From an uncultured virus (IMG/VR IMGVR_UViG_3300045284_000273) (taxonomy: Duplodnaviria; Heunggongvirae; Uroviricota; Caudoviricetes): DNA of 55,491 nucleotides. Positions 18,454-28,529 of this stretch are shown here, one piece after another. The stretch lies in the IMG/VR virus record IMGVR_UViG_3300045284_000273; one strand, 5' to 3'. The notes beneath the pieces were generated by a model. It did no database searches. It saw only the letters and a program-made list of their open reading frames with translations, and was not told the origin of the DNA. Position 1 is the first letter of the stretch; each line of letters begins with the position of its first letter. The position numbers were made by a program, and so were the translations under genes.

Positions 18454-18602
18454 TCGCCGCAGAAGAACTCTTCCCGTCCGTCGTCGTGGATGACCTTCCA
18501 GACGCCGATCATCCGCACATCGGGGCCGTGCTCGCACGTCGGGTTCTGACAGTATTCGCCGCGCTTCCAAGCGCCGTAGCCGTTCTGTTCGCGTACTTCC
18601 AT
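18405..18602 (-). CDS. small Zn-binding protein (leaderless)
   Basis: TATGAT-N6-ATG; C....C...FCGDH. Confidence 0.5.
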   Translation of the reverse strand: MEVREQNGYGAWKRGEYCQNPTCEHGPDVRMIGVWKVIHDDGREEFFCGDHVPEALRLAIVASRS

Positions 18603-18635
18603 GCCCCCATCATAGCGCAAAGGAAATGATTTCCT

Positions 18636-20099
18636 ATGCCTAGAGCCACACGACGCAATGTGACACCACCGACGAACCGGGCACTGCAGTGGCAGGACAT
18701 GCCCAAGGTCGCCCAGCAGGACATCAGTGGGCAGATGGCAAACCTGGGTATGGCGAGAAGTGGTATCGCGACTCAGCGGAGCCGCCTGGAGACGGCGGCC
18801 GCAAATCCCGAATCCAAGCCCAAGACCAGGGAGAAGGCAGCCAACAGGGTCAAATCCCTGGAGGCCATCGGGCCGCACTTGCGAGATGCCCCGATTACGC
18901 ACACCAAGGCCACCAACGCCCGAGTGCGCCTGGTCGAAGAAGGCGCTCAACGCGCGCTTTCGCAGGGCACCGATCCCAAGCACGACTGGTACTTCCAGCA
19001 TCACGGTCGGTTGGCCGAAGTTGCTGCCGAGACAGGCCACGACAGGTACGCCGTCATCGGCGCGTCGGCAGTGATGTCGCCGCAGAACAACCCTGAGCAG
19101 GAGCTTGCTGCAGTCAGCGCCCTGGCCCGAGGTCACGCCAATCCGGAGGCCAGGATCACGGTATCTCCACAGGCGGTTACTGCTGCGTCACACATCGAGG
19201 GCGGCAGTGTGGACCTGTCCGAGTACCAAGGTCGCGCCCTGCATCCCAGCAGCTTCTCCGCCGAACATCTCGCAGCGCTCTCCGATACCGGGGTACGGGG
19301 CCACGTCCAAGCGAGTGGCATCGACCTGGGAGAGGTTGCCAAGGGTGGCGTCAAGGGGAACGTCACCCAAGCGATCAACGTCCTCCGTGGCTCGATCGAC
19401 CCGAAGCACGCCATCGACCCGCGCACGTCACCGAAGGTGTGGTCGTATCACAAGAACATCGCAGAGTCGGTGCATGGCACGCCCGAGCACGAAGAGTTCA
19501 TCGGCCGCATGCGTCATGCGTCCGGCATGGTGATGCCCGGTCAGCAGCGGATGGACGTATTCGGCCTCCGCGAGGCGACACACGGTCCACTCAACCCCAC
19601 TAACACAACGGCCGAGGACACATGGCAGCAAGCCATCTCCACTGGCCAGCGTTTGGAGTCGGTGGACGTTCCCGGTCGTGGTGGACGTGCTGCCCGTCAG
19701 TCTCCGGCGAAGTTCTCGGTGGGCGAAGGTGGCCAGGCCAACCAGAAGTTCCTGCAGTCGCCACAGGGGATGCAGAACGTTGGCGCGTCGGCCACGATGC
19801 ACGCCTGGCAGAACCAAGCCACCCAGCGCGCCGCCGCCATCTTGTCCAAGCGCTCCGGTGAAGTCGTCCCGGCAATCGGTGTGCAGGCAGGTGGCTGGAC
19901 CGAGGCCCGTCGCAAGGCGAGCAAGAACATCGAAGAACACACACCCCTCGTGCAGCCCCGAGGACCGCAGCCGGTACAGCACGCTCTCTTCACTGAGACT
20001 GGGGAAATCACGCCCCAGGCACGTCCGTTGTCACAACAGCAGATGTCGAATGTGATAAAGAAGCGCAACCAACAGCGACAAGGGTCGTTGTTCGACTGA
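18636..20099 (+). CDS. hypothetical protein resembling DUF7178/HhH-glycosylase-like phage proteins
   Basis: WY..H, AVMSPQN, KV.SY..NI, T.EDTW, VQA..W motif order; family assignment from memory, not searched. Confidence 0.45.
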   Translation: MPRATRRNVTPPTNRALQWQDMPKVAQQDISGQMANLGMARSGIATQRSRLETAAANPESKPKTREKAANRVKSLEAIGPHLRDAPITHTKATNARVRLVEEGAQRALSQGTDPKHDWYFQHHGRLAEVAAETGHDRYAVIGASAVMSPQNNPEQELAAVSALARGHANPEARITVSPQAVTAASHIEGGSVDLSEYQGRALHPSSFSAEHLAALSDTGVRGHVQASGIDLGEVAKGGVKGNVTQAINVLRGSIDPKHAIDPRTSPKVWSYHKNIAESVHGTPEHEEFIGRMRHASGMVMPGQQRMDVFGLREATHGPLNPTNTTAEDTWQQAISTGQRLESVDVPGRGGRAARQSPAKFSVGEGGQANQKFLQSPQGMQNVGASATMHAWQNQATQRAAAILSKRSGEVVPAIGVQAGGWTEARRKASKNIEEHTPLVQPRGPQPVQHALFTETGEITPQARPLSQQQMSNVIKKRNQQRQGSLFD

Positions 20100-20110
20100 T
20101 AGGAGTCATC

Positions 20111-20317
20111 ATGGGAGAACGAATTGACGCAGCGATCGAATCCGCTCACGCAGCGGTCGCCGCTCTGCGGGCCGAGTTGGCCACGGTCATCCCCGAAATC
20201 GGTGCCGCCATCAACGCCAAGATTGATGAGGTCCAGGCAGCGGTGGACGAGGTTCAGGCCGCATGGGCAGAGCGGCGAGCACAGCCCGACAACACGTTGC
20301 CAGGCGAAGAGGCGTAG
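20111..20317 (+). CDS. small coiled-coil protein
   Basis: AGGAG RBS. Confidence 0.65.
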   Translation: MGERIDAAIESAHAAVAALRAELATVIPEIGAAINAKIDEVQAAVDEVQAAWAERRAQPDNTLPGEEA

Positions 20318-20321
20318 AGCC

Positions 20322-20504
20322 GTGCCGGGGGGCAAGTCGCCAGGGCCGTCGATCAAGAAGCCCGACGAGTACGAAGCTCTCAAGGACCAGGGCTACTCCA
20401 AGTCGAAGGCCGCAGCGATCAGCAACGAGGCAGCCAAGGGTCCGGCCGCTCGATCGAAGATGGCCAAGAAGGCAGCGCGCACGCGCAAGGAACGAGGCAA
20501 CTGA
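20322..20504 (+). CDS. small basic protein (GPSIK...YEALK..G.SK.KAA.ISN type)
   Basis: Motif familiar from small basic actinobacterial proteins. Confidence 0.65.
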   Translation: MPGGKSPGPSIKKPDEYEALKDQGYSKSKAAAISNEAAKGPAARSKMAKKAARTRKERGN

Positions 20505-20641
20505 TGGCTGCGAAGAAAGAGGCGTTCGGCGGCAAGAAGGCAGCGCCGTTCGGCAAGGGTGCCAAGGAGCAGCAGAACGCCAAGCCATCCAAGGCCAGCA
20601 AGGGCCGCGAGCGCCAGGACACCGGCAAGGACAAGAAGTAG
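20504..20641 (+). CDS. small basic protein
   Basis: Not in ORF track; MAAKKEAFGGKKAAPFGK...; TGATG overlap. Confidence 0.6.
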   Translation: MAAKKEAFGGKKAAPFGKGAKEQQNAKPSKASKGRERQDTGKDKK

Positions 20642-20860
20642 TTGAGCACCAGCAGTCTGTATCGAGGTGAGAGTCGGCCGCGGCGTCAAGCGCCGCGGCA
20701 TCACATCGAAACGTCGGCTGCTGCGCATCAGATCAAGCCGGTCAATGATCCCTTCCCGCCGATCAGCAGCAAGCAGTTCCCGGCGCTGTACATCCACGAT
20801 CCGGTCAAGAACCAATACCGCAGCTACATGCGCGCCAAGTCGGCGTATCGGAGAACCTGA
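20642..20860 (+). CDS. hypothetical protein
   Basis: Abuts both neighbours; ISSKQF motif. Confidence 0.5.
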   Translation: MSTSSLYRGESRPRRQAPRHHIETSAAAHQIKPVNDPFPPISSKQFPALYIHDPVKNQYRSYMRAKSAYRRT

Positions 20861-21006
20861 TGCCCGCCGAGCACGATCTCGATCCCCCGGCGATGACCGA
20901 AGCGGAGCGCCGTGCCAAACGCCGGTATGAGGCGGGCTTTGCTTTCGAGACAATGCCTGCGAACCTATCTCCTGGCCAGTTCCAACATGAGGAAGACGAC
21001 GGATGA
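20860..21006 (+). CDS. 48-aa hypothetical protein
   Basis: Not in ORF track; TGATG/ATGA overlaps on both sides; NLSPGQF motif. Confidence 0.5.
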   Translation: MPAEHDLDPPAMTEAERRAKRRYEAGFAFETMPANLSPGQFQHEEDDG

Positions 21007-22661
21007 GCGTCACGTTCTACCCCCCGAGCTATCGAGCAGCGGCGAGTGACCTCACCGTCGCCATCTCTCCGCTCGGGCTGGTGGAGCTTGCCGACGAAGA
21101 GTTTGAAGTCCACGGCCCTCGGCTCAACCGCTACGCCAGCAACTGGGCCTGGTATCTCGGTTATCACTGGGCCTACAAGCGTGAGATTGGCGAGCCGCAA
21201 CTGACCTTCAACTGGGTCAAGGCCTTCAGCGACTACCTGGTCAACTTCTGCTTCGGCAAGGGCGTCAACTTCCACTCCCCCGAGGCCACCAGTGGTATCA
21301 CACCGTACCTGCTCAAGGAGGTGTGGGAGGTCCACAACCACAAGCAGCAGGTGCTGATGGAGGTTGGCCAACTCGGTTCGGTCTCCGGCGATGTCTTCAT
21401 CAAGGTGGCCTACGAAGAGCCGTACATGGACCCGGCCGGGGTGCCAGTGCCAGGGAAGATTCGCCTGCTGCCACTCAATCCGGCCTTCTGCTTCCCCGAG
21501 TTCCACCCCCACGACCGCACCCGGCTGATCCGTTTCAAGCTCAAGTACAAGTTCTGGGGCACAGCCCAAGACGGCACCCGGCAGGTGATGACCTACGTCG
21601 AACTGATGACTGAGGACGTGATCGAGGAATACATCAACGACGAGTTGATCGACGCTCGACCGAACCCCATTGGTGAGATACCAATCGCCTTCACCCAGAA
21701 CATTCCCGTCGCCTCCAGCCCATGGGGCCTGGCCGACATCAACGACCTCATCTCGCTGAACCGTGAGTACAACGAGAAGGCCACCGAAATCAGCGACATC
21801 ATCAACTACCACGTCGCCCCTGTCACGGTGATCACCGGGGCCAAGGCCTCCAATCTGGAGAAGGGGCCGCGCAAGGTCTGGTCGATCAACAACAAGGACG
21901 CCAAGATTCAGAACCTGGAGCTTCAGACCAACTTCACCGGGCCGCTGGGCTACATGGAGTTGCTGAAGCAGGCGATGCATGAACTGACCGGCGTGCCTGC
22001 CCAAGCCCTGGGCACCATGCAGCCGATCAGCAACACGTCCGGCGTGGCCCTCACCGTGCAGTACCAGCCGCTGATGATGAAGTACGAGCGCAAGAAGATT
22101 CAGTACACACCGCTGCTGCAGCGCGTCAACGAGTTGGTCATCCGCCACGCCTTCCTCTTCGCCCCCGAGTTGACGGTGTACAACCCGATGCTCTCGGCCA
22201 CCCAGCTTCGGCCCGATCAGTATCCGCAACTCGATCCATCGAACCCGGTGTCGTATCGCAGCTACGTCGATTGGCCGATGCCGATGCCGATGGACAAGCT
22301 GATCAAGATCAACGAAATCCAAGCGCTGATGGCGATGCAGTTGGAGAGCCGCAAGGGCGCGCTGCGCGACCTCGGCTACGCCTTCCCCGATCAGAAGCTG
22401 CAGGAAATCTTCGAGGAGGTGTTGGAGGACACCAAGCAGCAAGGCGCGCTGCAACTCATCCAAGGACAGATCGCCGCGTTCACGATGATGGCCACCGGCA
22501 TGTCGCCCGATGGTCAGCCGATGATGAGCGAGGATTCCGAGGGCAATCCGCAGCCGATGCTCGCTGCTGTCGATCCGCAGATGGCACAGGAATTGCAGAT
22601 GATGGCATACGGTGTCAACCCGCCCCAGATGAGCGATTTCGACTCGCAAGCAGGCGATTGA
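21003..22661 (+). CDS. portal protein (SPP1 gp6-like)
   Basis: 552 aa between terminase and scaffold; NPIGEIP, G.ADI..L, SGVAL motifs. Confidence 0.9.
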   Translation: MSVTFYPPSYRAAASDLTVAISPLGLVELADEEFEVHGPRLNRYASNWAWYLGYHWAYKREIGEPQLTFNWVKAFSDYLVNFCFGKGVNFHSPEATSGITPYLLKEVWEVHNHKQQVLMEVGQLGSVSGDVFIKVAYEEPYMDPAGVPVPGKIRLLPLNPAFCFPEFHPHDRTRLIRFKLKYKFWGTAQDGTRQVMTYVELMTEDVIEEYINDELIDARPNPIGEIPIAFTQNIPVASSPWGLADINDLISLNREYNEKATEISDIINYHVAPVTVITGAKASNLEKGPRKVWSINNKDAKIQNLELQTNFTGPLGYMELLKQAMHELTGVPAQALGTMQPISNTSGVALTVQYQPLMMKYERKKIQYTPLLQRVNELVIRHAFLFAPELTVYNPMLSATQLRPDQYPQLDPSNPVSYRSYVDWPMPMPMDKLIKINEIQALMAMQLESRKGALRDLGYAFPDQKLQEIFEEVLEDTKQQGALQLIQGQIAAFTMMATGMSPDGQPMMSEDSEGNPQPMLAAVDPQMAQELQMMAYGVNPPQMSDFDSQAGD

Positions 22662-22754
22662 TACGTCGCTAAGCGACTGGTCATACCGTGGTATGGGCAG
22701 ACGACGTGCTATAACATCACCCAGAACCTTCGGACAACGAACAGGTGCACTTAG

Positions 22755-23588
22755 ATGAGCAACGTGGATAACTCCGTTGGCGATACCGGCTCAGGTTTCA
22801 TTGCCGGAGTCCAGCCAGCACAGCCGCGCATGGCCGCCGATTGGGCGCAGTCATCGCAAACCCCCGCACAGCAGGTGTCACAACCGATCCAAGTCGTTCC
22901 CCAACCACCGAACGGGCAGCAGCCCGCCGCGCGTTGGACCGACGAGGACATCGAGCGTGCACGCCAGCAGGAGAAAGACAAGCTCTACGGTCGAATCGAG
23001 GAACTGAGCACGCAGATGCGCACGTTCCAAGAAGCCCGCGAGCAGGAGCAAGCCGAGCGTGACCGCTTGGCAGCCGAAGCCGAAGAAGCACGTCGGCTGA
23101 AGGAAGAGGGCGAAATGGAACTCCGTGACCTGCTCACCCGCAGGGACACGGAGTGGCAGACAAAGCTCACCGATCTGGAGCGGCGCTATGACGCCGACCG
23201 GGCAGTGTTCGCCAAGGAGCGTGAGTTCACTCAAGTGCAGGAGTACCGGCGTGATCGCATCGAGCAAGAGCAGGAGTTCATCCTGCCCGAGTTGCGTGAT
23301 CTGATCAGTGGCGAGACTCCTGAAGCGATCGACGCTTCGATCGAGGTGATGAAGGCTCGCACCGAGCAGATATTCACCAACATGGCCATCGCCAACCAGC
23401 AAGCCGCTCCCTTCCAGCAACCAAGGGGGGCCGCGCCGACTGCACCCCCTGTAGGACCAATGGAGCAAATGCCGACATACGAGACGTTGACGCCCGAGGA
23501 CATCAAGGGCATGGACATGGAGACGTACAAGAAGTACCGAGGTCAACTCCTACAGGCGACGAATCCGAATAACCGTCGCATGCGATAG
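22755..23588 (+). CDS. capsid scaffolding protein
   Basis: Acidic coiled coil directly upstream of the capsid gene; C-terminal IKGMDMETYKKYR. Confidence 0.8.
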   Translation: MSNVDNSVGDTGSGFIAGVQPAQPRMAADWAQSSQTPAQQVSQPIQVVPQPPNGQQPAARWTDEDIERARQQEKDKLYGRIEELSTQMRTFQEAREQEQAERDRLAAEAEEARRLKEEGEMELRDLLTRRDTEWQTKLTDLERRYDADRAVFAKEREFTQVQEYRRDRIEQEQEFILPELRDLISGETPEAIDASIEVMKARTEQIFTNMAIANQQAAPFQQPRGAAPTAPPVGPMEQMPTYETLTPEDIKGMDMETYKKYRGQLLQATNPNNRRMR

Positions 23589-23627
23589 GCGAGTTCACAC
23601 AACTCAACTACATAAGGAGATACCACT

Positions 23628-24992
23628 ATGGCCGTTGGCGGCTCTCTTGGTGGTGAGCTTCCTGTTGTATCCGGTATCACTGGTACAACGCGCCTCGCTT
23701 CTGGTGGTCCCTATTCGCAGTACGTGGAGCCAACCGGCTACTACGGACTCGCGCAGTCGGACAACACCGGAGCGGGCTACGCAGGAAGCGTGACCACTGG
23801 CTCCACAATGATGGGGCCTGCGATCCAGACGATCTGGTCGAAGGAAATCCTCTTCCAGTCCATGCCCGTGTTGCGTTTCGAGCAGTTCGCGGTGAAGAAG
23901 ACCGAACTGGGCACGATGCCCGGTCTGACGGTCAACTTCATGCGCTACAACAACCTGCCGATGCCTTCCGGCCCACTGATCGAAGGCGTGCGCATGAAGA
24001 CCCACGCGATCAGTGCCAACCAGTACGCGATCACCGTTGCCGAGCAGGGCTTCGCCGTCGCCGTCTCGGAGCTTCTGCTCAACGCCAGCTTCGATGACAT
24101 CATGGCCTCGGCCTCTCGTCTGCTCGGTCGCAACATGGCGCTGTACATGGACTCGCAAGCGCGGGCCACACTGCAGCGCTCATCGAGCGTCGTCTTCGGC
24201 TACCAGAAGCCCGCCGCCATCAACACCGGCTACGGCATCTACGAGCCGGGAACGCCTGCGGCCAACGTCGCCGCCGTTGTCGCCTCGGGTGCCACTGGCT
24301 CCGTGGCCGACGACTTCTACCTCACCAGCCACACCGTCAAGGATGGCGTCGAGGTACTGGCGTCGAAGAACATCCCGCGTCTCGGTGAGACGTACGTCGG
24401 CTTCATCCACCCGCACCAGTCGCGCCGTCTGCGTGACACACCGCAGTGGATCGAGGTCACCAAGTACGCCGCCCCCGGCAACTTCATGCTCGGGGAAATC
24501 GGCCGCTTGGACGACGTGGTGTTCATCGAGACGACGCAGATCGGCGCGCCGGTTGGCACCGATGCGACCGACCTGTACCCGCAGTTGCCGGGTGCCAACG
24601 TGACCACCGCCAACCCGTTCAACCCCGACTGGCGAGGCCTCAACCTCGGCCTCACCGCTGCGCAGCTTGCTGCTGGCGGCACAGGCGCTCCGGCTGGCTA
24701 CGCGGTGGCCAGCGACCAGTACCCCGACCTCGCAGACCCAGGCACCCTGGACGACCTGCCGACCGGCGATACCGGCCTTCCGGGCTGGGGTGAGCCGTGG
24801 GGTCCGACTGGTGGTGCCTACGAGGGCATCCTCCTGGGCGACAACGCCTTCGGCCATGCCATCTCCCTCCCCGTCGAACTCCGTGACGGTGGCGTGCTCG
24901 ACTTCGGTCGTGAGCACGCTCTCGCGTGGTACTCGATCTGGGGCTGGGGCGTCATCACGGATTCGTCCGTGGTCAAGATGGTCACCAACTGA
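23628..24992 (+). CDS. major capsid protein (N4 gp56-like HK97 fold)
   Basis: PGLTVNFMRYNNL, YVGFIHPHQ..LR, GEIGRLDDVVFIET, DFGRE..LAWY. Confidence 0.9.
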   Translation: MAVGGSLGGELPVVSGITGTTRLASGGPYSQYVEPTGYYGLAQSDNTGAGYAGSVTTGSTMMGPAIQTIWSKEILFQSMPVLRFEQFAVKKTELGTMPGLTVNFMRYNNLPMPSGPLIEGVRMKTHAISANQYAITVAEQGFAVAVSELLLNASFDDIMASASRLLGRNMALYMDSQARATLQRSSSVVFGYQKPAAINTGYGIYEPGTPAANVAAVVASGATGSVADDFYLTSHTVKDGVEVLASKNIPRLGETYVGFIHPHQSRRLRDTPQWIEVTKYAAPGNFMLGEIGRLDDVVFIETTQIGAPVGTDATDLYPQLPGANVTTANPFNPDWRGLNLGLTAAQLAAGGTGAPAGYAVASDQYPDLADPGTLDDLPTGDTGLPGWGEPWGPTGGAYEGILLGDNAFGHAISLPVELRDGGVLDFGREHALAWYSIWGWGVITDSSVVKMVTN

Positions 24993-25001
24993 GACGACCT
25001 T

Positions 25002-25040
25002 GCTTGGGGGCTGAGCGGCGCACCCGCACAGCCCCCGAGC
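25002..25040 (+). terminator. stem-loop after major capsid gene
   Basis: GCTTGGGGGCTG / CAGCCCCCGAGC; no U-tract. Confidence 0.5.
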
Positions 25041-25058
25041 GCCTATGGAGGTATCACA

Positions 25059-25391
25059 ATGAGCATTGTCGCAGTACATGGACCCACCATGGCCGGAAGC
25101 GGCTCCGGCAACATCGCCGCACCACAGGTCACCGCCACTGGTGACGCCACCAACGGTCTGAAGTTCACCTTCGTCGCTTCGACACCGGGCGCTCGTCCGG
25201 CTGCCGATTTCAGTTGGGCCTTCCCACCTGACGGCACACCGGCCACACAGGCGGCCAGCAAGGGTCCAGTCACCGTCACCTACGCAGCGGCCGGAGCCAA
25301 GACGGCGACACTGACCGTCGCTGCCGGTGCAGGCCCGCCTGCCGGTGGTGCATACCCAGTCACTGTTCAGGCGGTTGCTGGCCCGCGGTAA
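25059..25391 (+). CDS. PKD/Ig-like head decoration or accessory protein
   Basis: FSWAF.DG.....GP.TVTY..AG.KTATLTV. Confidence 0.65.
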   Translation: MSIVAVHGPTMAGSGSGNIAAPQVTATGDATNGLKFTFVASTPGARPAADFSWAFPPDGTPATQAASKGPVTVTYAAAGAKTATLTVAAGAGPPAGGAYPVTVQAVAGPR

Positions 25392-25431
25392 TAGGCTCGG
25401 CTGATACCCGAGTATCCAAGGAGAATCCGTC

Positions 25432-25779
25432 GTGCCAACAAGACAGCCTCAGCCACTTCCCGAGGTCGAGCAGGAACAGCAACAGCAAGTGATCCCGCCC
25501 GACATGGACCCCGCCAACAGCGAGGTCACGCGCCCGTCCGATCTGGGCTTCGGTCCCAAGACCGGCCACACCGAGATCGAGGTGGACCCGATCCAAGAGG
25601 TTCCACAGCGTCGCGGTGACGACGACTTCGTGGAGATTCGTATGGCTGAGACCATCGAAGAGTTCACGTACGGCAATCCACACCACCACTATCGACTGGA
25701 GCAGGGCAAGAGATACCGAGTCCCGGCGCACATTGCCCGGTATCTCCACAGCCTGGGGAAGGTCTACGAACGCGGATAG
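25432..25779 (+). CDS. hypothetical virion protein
   Basis: AAGGAG RBS; G..Y.VP.HIA.YL. Confidence 0.7.
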   Translation: MPTRQPQPLPEVEQEQQQQVIPPDMDPANSEVTRPSDLGFGPKTGHTEIEVDPIQEVPQRRGDDDFVEIRMAETIEEFTYGNPHHHYRLEQGKRYRVPAHIARYLHSLGKVYERG

Positions 25780-25788
25780 GAGGGCCGC

Positions 25789-27336
25789 ATGCGGCCAACA
25801 GTGACCCATGATGGTTTCCTCATCCCCAATGCGGCGACCGTCTCCAATCCTCGGATGGCCGAGCCTGACCAGATCGACTTCAATGCGCTCGCCAACCGAT
25901 TGTGGGGGGTGGTCGAGGGGTGCCTGATCACTGTGTCGGGTACGACCGTCTCCACACTCGGTGGCCTCGTCATCATCAACGGTCAGGTGATGACGCTCCC
26001 GGCAGGCACGGTGCAGCTTGGTGTCGGCGGGTCACAGGATCGGTTCGATCTGATCGTCGCTGACATCAGTGGAACAATCAAGGTCATCCCCGGCCTTCCG
26101 GCCGTCGATCCCGTGTTCCCTGATCCGCCGCTCAACGCCACCGTGCTCGCCGCGGTGTTCTGTCCCTCAGGTTCGTCGGCGTTCACCGACAACGTGATCG
26201 ACAAGCGCGTCCAGGTGCCCAAGGCGTTGCTGACCAGAGTCCCCACCAACTCCGATCTGGTGCGCAACCTCAACGGCTCCGGCAACTACTTCCGCATCGA
26301 CGGCGGCGGCGGGGTGCGCTGGGCAGACGACACCGGCTTGCGCCGCATCGCTCCGGCCACGTTGCAGGTGGACGACAACCTCAACCTCGCTGGCGACCTG
26401 GCGGCCGGAGGCAGCATCGCTGCAGACTCGCTCACGGCTACCGAGACGGTGCAGGGCAGCAACCTGCAAGTCGGCACTGGATCGCTCCCGGCCACTGCAG
26501 CCCTCGGTTCGATCTTCCAGCACGACTCCGGTCGTGTCTACGTGCGCACAGCGACCGGATGGAAGGAACTGGCCACGCTCGCTGGCGCTGTTCCGGTCGG
26601 AGCTATCATCAGCAGCGTCGAGCCGCCTTCGGTGATGGTCCCTCTCGGTTGGATACCTTTCGACGGCCGTACCGTCAGCGAGGCGGCTCTTCCAAGCCTG
26701 TTCACCTTGGTGGCACTGCAGCCGTTCATCAGCGGGGTCGCTCCCAACCGGACGATGACACTGCCCAACGCCAGCGGTCGAGTGATGATGTCCACCACTG
26801 GCGCTCCGCTCGCCCAGGGCGGCGCGAACCTCAACCAGATTTCGCTGGTGGCGAGTCAGCTTCCCAAGCATCGTCACAACGTGCGTACCACGGCGGCCGG
26901 TGGGGGGCCTGTCAACGCGCGTACCAGTCGAGCCGGTTCGCACAACCACCCGGTGTCCGGTGGCGCTCACGGACACCCGGTCACCGATCCCGGCCACGCT
27001 CACAACGGCATGGACTTCTTCGGCAACGCCTCGCCGGTCATCGCCCTGATGTGGGGTGGCCAGAACAAGATCGACGCGCTGTTCAACGACCGCAACCACA
27101 CCTACTCGGTGGAGCCAATGGACTGGTCCAGGCCCGCATTGACTGGTATCACAGTAGGTTCCAGTGGATCAGAGCACTATCACACTCTGGGTGACGCAGG
27201 CGACCACGATCACCCCATCACGATCGACCCGGTGACACCGCACACCCACCCGATCACCGAAGATGAAATCGGCTCAGGTGCGCCGATCGACATCACGCCC
27301 GCTTTCCTCACGTCCTACACGTACATTCGCTCATGA
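25789..27336 (+). CDS. tail fibre with collar domain and HxH needle repeats
   Basis: PVGAI...GW...DG......LP.LF...LPN..GR collar; HRH, HNH, HGH, HAH, HYH, HDH, HTH motifs as in T4 gp12/gp37 tips. Confidence 0.8.
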   Translation: MRPTVTHDGFLIPNAATVSNPRMAEPDQIDFNALANRLWGVVEGCLITVSGTTVSTLGGLVIINGQVMTLPAGTVQLGVGGSQDRFDLIVADISGTIKVIPGLPAVDPVFPDPPLNATVLAAVFCPSGSSAFTDNVIDKRVQVPKALLTRVPTNSDLVRNLNGSGNYFRIDGGGGVRWADDTGLRRIAPATLQVDDNLNLAGDLAAGGSIAADSLTATETVQGSNLQVGTGSLPATAALGSIFQHDSGRVYVRTATGWKELATLAGAVPVGAIISSVEPPSVMVPLGWIPFDGRTVSEAALPSLFTLVALQPFISGVAPNRTMTLPNASGRVMMSTTGAPLAQGGANLNQISLVASQLPKHRHNVRTTAAGGGPVNARTSRAGSHNHPVSGGAHGHPVTDPGHAHNGMDFFGNASPVIALMWGGQNKIDALFNDRNHTYSVEPMDWSRPALTGITVGSSGSEHYHTLGDAGDHDHPITIDPVTPHTHPITEDEIGSGAPIDITPAFLTSYTYIRS

Positions 27337-28058
27337 CTGGCCAGGTTGTCACCCAGCGTTTCGGCCAGGACGCTCCGGCGCGTATCGCTGCCAGCACCCC
27401 GATGTTGATGGAGGCCACCGAGATGTACCCCCAGGAGTGGACGATGCCGAACCTCATCCCGTTCTACCCACCGCCGAGCACGACAGACGACACGCCTAGG
27501 TTCATCCTCGATGCAGATGGCAACCGCATCTGGGTCAACTTCCCCTCCCGGCTCGACCTGACCTTCTACCAAGGCGACGACGTGGTGGTGCCGCTGACGC
27601 TGCAGGACCCGATGATGGACACCGACGACCCGAGCACTTGGGAATGGCACGCACAGATCAGAGTGCTGCACTACTACAAGTCCACCTTCGTCAACGACTT
27701 CATCGTGGATGCCGACTACACCGCCCCGGTGGCTCCCGAGACGACAGGCACGACGCTCGTGCAACTGTTCCTGCCGCGGGAACGCAACATCTACTGGGGC
27801 ACCTACCAGTGGGAGTTGTACTCGGTCAGCCCCTTCGACTACTCCAACTTCGCTCAGCCCGATGACTGGCCCGATGGCGAGACATGGCCGCCTGCCGACA
27901 CGCTGAAGACGTGGCTGTGGGGGCAGTGCGTGATCAAGCCTCGTACCTCCACTACTGATGTGTTACCAACCATCAGCGGCGGCGGGCCGGTCTGGCCGGA
28001 CATTCCTGGGTACTGGACCAGTCCGTTCGTGGTAGGCCCCAACGGTCGCGTGCCGTGA
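27333..28058 (+). CDS. virion structural protein
   Basis: DL.FYQGDD...W.AQIR; structural operon. Confidence 0.65.
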   Translation: MTGQVVTQRFGQDAPARIAASTPMLMEATEMYPQEWTMPNLIPFYPPPSTTDDTPRFILDADGNRIWVNFPSRLDLTFYQGDDVVVPLTLQDPMMDTDDPSTWEWHAQIRVLHYYKSTFVNDFIVDADYTAPVAPETTGTTLVQLFLPRERNIYWGTYQWELYSVSPFDYSNFAQPDDWPDGETWPPADTLKTWLWGQCVIKPRTSTTDVLPTISGGGPVWPDIPGYWTSPFVVGPNGRVP

Positions 28059-28070
28059 GAGGATGGGGCC

Positions 28071-28511
28071 ATGACGAATCAGAACTACGCCCAGGTCACT
28101 GACCTGCTGGCAGCGGGAACACTGCACTGGGACACCGACTCGATCCTCGCCCTGCTCGTCACCGGGGCGTCGTTCGATGCCGCCAACAAGAAGCTCAGCG
28201 ACCTCGGCGCGTCACTGGTCACCCGAGCACCGATCCAAGGGCGCTGGCTTGCAGAGGGCGGGCTGGCCATGGGTCTTCCTGCCGCCTTCTCGATGGTCGC
28301 CCCTGGGACCCCGTTCCAGGTCCTCGTCGCCCAGGACAACGGCTCGGCCGACCCGGTGCTGTTGGCATATCTCGATGAGAACTCCGATGGCAATCCGATC
28401 GAAGTACAGCGTGGCGGAACGTTGGTCGTCCGTCCCACGCAGGAGAACCTGCCCACCCCACCCGACACCATGACGCCCCCACCGACAACGGGGCTATGGA
28501 TGACGTTCTAA
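28071..28511 (+). CDS. virion structural protein
   Basis: LL.G.L.W.TD.I.A.LV; structural operon. Confidence 0.65.
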   Translation: MTNQNYAQVTDLLAAGTLHWDTDSILALLVTGASFDAANKKLSDLGASLVTRAPIQGRWLAEGGLAMGLPAAFSMVAPGTPFQVLVAQDNGSADPVLLAYLDENSDGNPIEVQRGGTLVVRPTQENLPTPPDTMTPPPTTGLWMTF

Positions 28512-28529
28512 CCCCGGTATGGAGGGATC

